Positions 55,703-64,000 of a DNA stretch of 64,000 bases are shown here, piece after piece (position 1 is the first letter of the stretch; every line of letters begins with the position of its first letter). The stretch comes from Paraspadella gotoi. Lineage: Eukaryota > Animalia > Chaetognatha. Below the pieces are notes generated by a model. It did not search any database. It saw only the letters and a program-made list of their open reading frames with translations, and was not told where the DNA came from. Location of the stretch: contig CM119266.1 of assembly GCA_051294375.1 (NCBI GenBank), forward strand, positions 23,646,175-23,710,174, written 5' to 3'. The translations under genes and the position numbers were made by a program.

Positions 55703-56244
55703 TTATCAAAGAAGTTGTATAAGATTTCAAAGTTTGTTACAATAGTATAAAAGGACTACTCTCTTAACCTTAAGTACTTTCTAATAATGAACAGCTTAAC
55801 CAATTAACCGTGAGACTTAACTTGCATTCTTTCACAACAAACCTATAAAAAAATAAACAATGAGCTCAAAATGATGAAAAGTTGTACCAAAGTTGTCGCA
55901 TCATCTCGTTCGATAAGATGGTTGACTTCGCGTCGACTTTTCACTCTTTTCTCCTCTCATCTCCTTTCCCCCTTTTCTCTTGATTTTGACTGATTCGCCG
56001 TCATTGACTCTCCGCCATTCTTTTTTCCCGCTCGGAATTTCCCGCCGCTGATTTTGACTGATCTCGATCCCGCGACTCTCGTCTGTTTATCCTCGTCTCT
56101 TAGCGACGCTTTCACTCGACGCGACGCCATTGACTCTTGCCCTTCGATCCGTCGCCCCCGTTGGCGCCGACGCCGCGATTCCAGCAGATTCGAATCTGGG
56201 GCAAAAGAAACGGCAAATCGTTTCGCTCGCCGGGGAGGGAAAAA

Positions 56245-56822
56245 AAAACAAGAAAACAAGAAAAAAAAAACAATCAGAAACAAAATACAAAAGCGTCAAG
56301 AATTAAAGCTAAAACCGTTCTATACTCATGTAATCGTCATTTTAACGAATTGATACGTAATTTTTGTTTAACAAAGTTTGAAAATGGTTTCATCGACGAT
56401 TTTATGGATGTACGGACATGTTTCGCCTCTTCATATTCGAGTCTTCATCAGCGTTAATAATGCATTTTTTCAAATTTGTGCAGTTTTGTACAGTTTTAAG
56501 TTGAGGACAGATCAGATCAAAACAAGAAAACAAGAAAAAAATAAACAATCAGAAACAAAATACAAAAGCGTCAAGAATTAAANNNNNNNNNNNNNNNNNN
56601 NNNNNNNNNNNNNNNNNNNNNNNNNNNNNNNNNNNNNNNNNNNNNNNNNNNNNNNNNNNNNNNNNNNNNNNNNNNNNNNNNNNNNNNNNNNNNNNNNNNN
56701 NNNNNNNNNNNNNNNNNNNNNNNNNNNNNNNNNNNNNNNNNNNNNNNNNNNNNNNNNNNNNNNNNNNNNNNNNNNNNNNNTGTAATCGTCATTTTAACGA
56801 ATTGATACGTAATTTTTGTTAA
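56245..56822 (-). mobile_element. Penelope pLTR / retrozyme-like partial tandem repeat carrying a hammerhead motif
   Basis: A ~125-bp direct repeat (56245-56370, repeated at 56519-56582 plus 56781-56821 across a gap; period ~274 bp) flanks the hammerhead. Confidence 0.6.
56412..56454 (-). ncRNA. Minimal type I hammerhead ribozyme (Penelope-like)
   Basis: The minus strand reads ACG-CUGAUGA-A-GACUC-gaauaugaa-GAGGC-GAAA-CAUG-UC-CGU. Core boxes are intact, helix I is ACG/CGU, helix II pairs 4/5, helix III is the palindrome ACAUGU, and the cleavage triplet is GUC. Confidence 0.75.
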
Positions 56823-57782
56823 AACTGTTTATTTTTATTGACATTTCACGGAGGAAAACTTAAAACCTAATGCTAACTGATCAGTATTGATCAGTATGGG
56901 TTGTAGCAGAACAAAGAGCAGCGAAGCGTCTAATTTACTTGTACGTATTTTGAAAAAAAAAAAAAGAAAAGAAAAGGTTAAAAACTCTTTTTTTCGTTCA
57001 AAGACAAAGATGGCGACGATCGGCCGACGCCACGAGCGACGCCGCGGGAGGGCGGGCGTCGTTGCGGCAGTTGCGTCAGCGTCAGCAGCGTAAGCAGCGG
57101 CGACGACAGCAGCGGACAAGATGGCGGGAGATTTTTCCGACCCCCGACCACCTCACGACCACCCTCATCAACCCCTCTCCGCTCTCCACCTTCCGTTCCC
57201 TTTGTAGAGAATGAAAAATTTGGATTCCGGCTGCGACAGGTTTAATCTCGAATGAAAAATCGAAGCCGCTTTGAGAAACGNNNNNNNNNNGCGTGAGTTG
57301 TAAAACTAACATTAAAGAAAAGCTTATTTTCTGTTCAAACTTTCTAAAGACTAACACCATTTCAGCAGAATAAAATATTACTTTTTCAAGACACCACACT
57401 GTGATTGTGAAAAAAAAGAAGAAAAATGGCTCGAGAGAAATTTTTTTTCTTTTCGATTCAATAAAATTAAGAGAAAATGGAAATTAGTCCTCGCACCACC
57501 TTAACGAGGCTTCCTCGACGTTTGTGGTTTCTAATTTCTTGCAAATTACGAAATCCGAGCGAAAGGTTGAGGGGAAAGCGGAGGTAAGGGGGGAGGGGTG
57601 GGGGGAACAAAGAAAGGGTGTTTGGGGAAAGAAGAAAGGATAGGGACTGAGGTTCTGTTATACTCGGGGATAAGGAAAGGAAAAAGTGATTAGTTGACTT
57701 TGGTTGGGGAAGTTTTTCACTACGAAATTAGAAAAGAATATTTTGAGAAAAAATAGCAGATCACGGGGAATTTCGAATACAA

Positions 57783-58072
57783 TGTAAGAGAATATTAGTG
57801 AAAAGTTTTAAACGAATTTTAACAACGATTTTTATTTGTTTCGGCTTTTATTTTAAGCCTTATTTGAGAACTGAAATAAAAGCCGAAACATGTCCGTTTT
57901 CCTTTGAAAATATTTAGAAAATTGTTTGACTTTTGTACAACCAATTTTATTATTAATATGCAGACATGTTTGGACTCAACAATTACGAGTCTTCATAAGC
58001 GCGTAAAAACAGTTTGAAATATAAAAATCGTTGTTGAAACTCGTTTAAAACTTTTTCACTAATATCTTTACA
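57783..58072. mobile_element. Foldback element related to the hammerhead-bearing repeat
   Basis: ~55-bp outer inverted repeats (57783-57837 / 58017-58072). Perfect 17-bp inner inverted repeat (57837-57853 / 57874-57890). Plus-strand GAAACATGTCCGT at 57885-57897. Confidence 0.65.
57960..58002 (-). ncRNA. Degenerate (probably inactive) hammerhead relative
   Basis: The minus strand reads GCG-CUUAUGA-A-GACUC-guaauuguu-GAGUC-CAAA-CAUG-UC-UGC. Same architecture as 56412-56454, with a perfect helix II but two core substitutions. Confidence 0.6.
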
Positions 58073-58225
58073 CAACGAAAAGAAAGTTTATAACACAATG
58101 TCAGAGAAGTAATGTTATTTAGTTAGTAAATGAGGGAGGTGTAAAAGGTGATTAGGTTAAAGTTGGCAAGAAGTTAGGGTTGTTTAGTTGAATTGGAAAT
58201 TTGAGACTTGATGAGGTAAAAGTAA

Positions 58226-58467
58226 GAGAGAGGTTTGAATTTGAATTGTTTTTGATCGTTGCTTGCCACAAGGAAAATGAAAGATTTAAAATAATATTAT
58301 ATGATTTATTGAGAAAACGCAATATTTCGAAGACTCTGCCTTCATTAAAGGTGCAAATATGATTAAGGCGAAAGTCTTGGAAATATTGTGCTTTCTAAAT
58401 TAAATCTTTCATTTTCTTTATGGCAAACAAAGACTAAAAACAATTCAAATTCAAACTCCATATCTCG
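58226..58467. repeat. ~240-bp imperfect palindrome (MITE/foldback-like)
   Basis: gtttgaatttgaattgttttt...gaaaatgaaagatttaa pairs with ttaaatctttcattttc...aaaaacaattcaaattcaaac. Inner arms are caatatttcgaagact..gcctt / aaggc..agtcttggaaatattg. Confidence 0.75.
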
Positions 58468-58891
58468 TGAGGTGAGAGTCTTTTGAGGATTCGGCGATTT
58501 TCAAATCCGATTTTTAAATCGAAGATAAAATGAGTAGATTATTTCATATAAAAAATTTGAACCAGTGACACACATCAACACAATTATAAAGAAAAGTAAA
58601 GCAAAAAACAAACGTTAACAATAATGATAATCTATGAGAGTTTTTCAAAGTTTTTGTACAAATAAATTAGAGCATTATTTTCCGTTAATAATAATTTCTT
58701 GATAAAAGAAAAAAGGAAAAAAAGAAAGAAAAAGATAAGAGGAAAGAGTGGAGACTTTCTTTATCGACTCAGCTCCAGCACCGCGACTCCGAACGGTCCC
58801 AACACGGCTCTTCGCTCTCAAAGATTCCACTCGACAAGATTTATTTATTTTGTTTACAAAAGCGAAACGCAACTAACTGGAGCCAGTGAAG

Positions 58892-61000
<2,109 letters not shown>

Positions 61001-61007
61001 CCTCTCT

Positions 61008-61060
<53 letters not shown>

Positions 61061-61372
61061 CTCTCTCGTGCACTTCCGTTCTTCTCCGTCTCCTTCCGGC
61101 AGTTCGAGAGCGAGCACCTAATTCTCAGCCATTCATTTAATCGCTCTCGAGCAAACTAAAAAAAGTCATTATCGTTAAAGTTAAGCAGCCGCAGACCGGA
61201 ACCGCGGCCCCCAAACCCCACCCCAGACTCAACCCCGTTTTGAGCCTTACCCTCCGATTCACTACCTTCTTCAACCCCTACCCGCGTCCTCGCAGATATT
61301 CATTTGTTCCTCGTAAACTTTGATTTTAGTTTTCATTTCCGGCCTCTATCCTCCCTCGGCCTCCCATCACTT

Positions 61373-61437
<65 letters not shown>

Positions 61438-62799
61438 AGAGTCTTACGTTCGTTCTTGAGAAATCGAGGAAGACTTTTTTTCAATGGAGATTTTCGTTAA
61501 AATTCTGACGTACCAAATAATGTCAACGCCCCTGGGAAAAATTCAAGGTAAAAAATAGATGTAACAAACACTTCGATTTCCGACTCTGGTTACATCTTCA
61601 AGGGCTCGCATTTTTTTCTTCTTGACAAATAACCATCATTTGACATCAAAAACCATTCCGATTCAAATGGATGAGTCCGCTCGGCGAAAATATTTTTGAT
61701 GGCAATTTTTATAATAAAATAAAGGGATTTCTCAAACTTCAATTACAATTGTGTCAAACGTATTTAAGGCTATGTTGTCATTTTACAATAAACTTTTCGA
61801 ATTCAGGAATCCGATAGCCATTATGTCTGAGGGCTCTCAAATTTTTCTTACATTTATTTGCGTTATTTTAAATATGATTACGATCATGGTAAAATGAATA
61901 GTCCTCCATCTTTGGTGAAATTTTTATTAAAGTAAAAGTAAGAAGAGGACGACTAACGGATCGGGATTCTAAGAGTTTTCAACCTGGGCAGTCAAGATTC
62001 GGAAAAATATCTTATATGGCGAAAATCTTCCAAAGGAAGGGGTGGATTTTCCGAAGATTTTGGGTTAATATTTTTTATATTTATGGTCGGATTTTTTTGA
62101 TTACTTAAAAAATAGCAATATTGCCAATCATTCTACATTGGCCGGCCAAAGGAATTAGTTATTAAAAAAACCTTAGACTTTTTCGTCAGAGCTTAGTTGC
62201 CTACTCTGCTCTCTCTCTCTCTCTTGCTCTCTCTACTCAGTTTCACACCCTCTCTCCCCGAGTTTCACATCTCAGCGCGCCGTCGCCGAGTTAACATAAA
62301 TTTCGCTCTTTTGATTTACGACTGGAAAAACCCGAGTTGTTTGTTTGCGAGAAAAAATGATGATAATAAGAATAATGATAAAAGTAGAATTTTGAAAACA
62401 AAAGCTTTTTTTCCTCTAGAAATTAGAGAAAATCTCATTAGCGAGATTTTTGTATTTACATTATTTTTATAAGCAAGCTTCATATTTAAATTTAAAAAAA
62501 AAAACCTTGGGTAAACTAAATATTGTTATTCCTTGAGAGAAAATTTGGTCATAATTTTTTCGGGAAAAAAATTGAAATTTATTTTTACTCAGACTTTTCG
62601 CTTCAAAAATCGAGTAATTGCGAACTGCAATTGCACAGTTACTCTCAACCACGTGAATTCGAACTAATTTGCATTTGAACGAAGCTAAAAAAAAAATCTG
62701 AAAAGGCTTAAATTTTTTTAAGCTTTTTTAAAATAATTGGAATAGAAAAATTATTGATCCCAGAAATAATGCTCAAAGACTCTCTTTCTCTCTCTCTTT

Positions 62800-62890
62800 A
62801 ATCATTCCACTATTTTCTCTTTTTTCCCCTCTCTCTCAAAAATTTAATATTCTTTACTTAAAAAAATGAAACACTCTCTCTCTCTCTCTC

Positions 62891-62945
<55 letters not shown>

Positions 62946-63006
62946 ATTCCACTATTTTTTTCTTCTCTCTCTCTCAAAAGTTTAATATTCTTTACTTAAA
63001 AAAAAA
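62800..63006. repeat. Local ~65-bp direct duplication separated by (CT)n
   Basis: tcattccactatttt...ctctctctcaaaa.tttaatattctttacttaaaaaaa at ~62802-62867 and ~62944-63006. Confidence 0.75.
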
Positions 63007-63240
63007 CCAACTAATACTAGTTTTGTACCCAATTTTAATCCGACTTCTATCAATTACCACCCAACTCTTCACCTCCTCTCCCTCCACAAAACGCAAAATC
63101 ATTAGAGTTTAATGAATTTCGGGCCAAAAGTCGTTAACGTAACGATGGCGGCCGATTGCGTTTCGCTTTTAAGATTGCAAAGCGAAGAATCGAGTCAATG
63201 ATTCAACGAGGCTTTCCCTCAGCCCATAAATTCTTTGACG

Positions 63241-63297
<57 letters not shown>

Positions 63298-64000
63298 TGA
63301 AACTGTGAAAAGAATAATATTTTTATTATCTTATGCGAATATCTTTTAATTTTAATCAGAATTTTAATTACTTAAATTATATTCAAAAATAACTTTTAAT
63401 CTAATTTCGTATGTAGAAGCTATCTTGAACATTTTCAAAAAGCGTGAGCTGGTCTCACCGAAATTAGAATCCCTGCTACTTTGTTTGATTCGAGTCTTTG
63501 AGTCGACAAAGTCAGATCCGCTACGAATTTCGACGCTGATCTTCAACAAATGAACATCGCAATTTCTCGGAGAGCTTGCTTTCATGCCAAGGAAAGATAA
63601 TTTTTGATTTCGGTGAAAATGGTTATTTCCATTATTCCATATATATTATATATTATATAATTATACTCTATCTCCAGAACAAGAACAGAGGACACATTCT
63701 GTTGACAATTGATAGAGATTTTTAACAAACGAAGAAAATATATATACAGATTTACGAATAAAAAATTCTTACCCTTTTTTGTCAAATTTGAAATAAAATA
63801 CAGCACGAACGGTCATAATTTCTATTTAATTCTGTTCTATTCTATTGTAAGAGACATACATGAATATTTATTTCCGATTGTTGAGGTCGAGCGTAACGAC
63901 TTACTCCCCTCAACTCACCCTTTCCTCTTCGCATCGGTTTTCACGCGTCGGTGTTCACAGTTCGCCCTGTGAACCTCGCGCGTAACTCGACTCGACTTTC

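Noticed and set aside
54207-56792. ORFs with long X runs
   Set aside because: Open only because they cross N-gaps.
63410-63600. Complex sequence with short open frames on both strands
   Set aside because: No recognisable motif or paired splice sites; cannot be supported as an exon.

Overview
Eukaryotic (probably invertebrate animal) genomic DNA from a draft assembly. It is gene-poor, AT-rich with GC islands, and saturated with (GA/CT)n, (GAC/GTC)n, (GGC)n and (CAT)n microsatellites, so almost all ORFs in the supplied track are repeat-derived noise. Supported content: (1) one unrecognised multi-exon protein-coding gene on the minus strand (~3375-7120), with very short exons and GT-AG introns and a phase-consistent 5' part; (2) a near full-length, frameshift-ridden non-LTR retrotransposon (~12.0-16.7 kb, gag-like CCHC ORF1 + APE + RT, Jockey/I-group-like); (3) a Penelope/retrozyme-type minimal hammerhead ribozyme on the minus strand (56412-56454) between ~125-bp direct repeats, with a degenerate relative inside a foldback at 57.8-58.1 kb; (4) several MITE-like or foldback inverted repeats and a ~100-250 bp dispersed repeat family; (5) a 31-46 kb block of direct and inverted re-copies around 25-N gaps, most likely an assembly artefact; (6) a long non-coding stretch with Hox/TALE-, E-box- and YY1/GAGA-like motifs (inference only). 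I found no rRNA, tRNA, CRISPR array, homeobox or known miRNA by eye. All calls are by manual reading; no searches were run.
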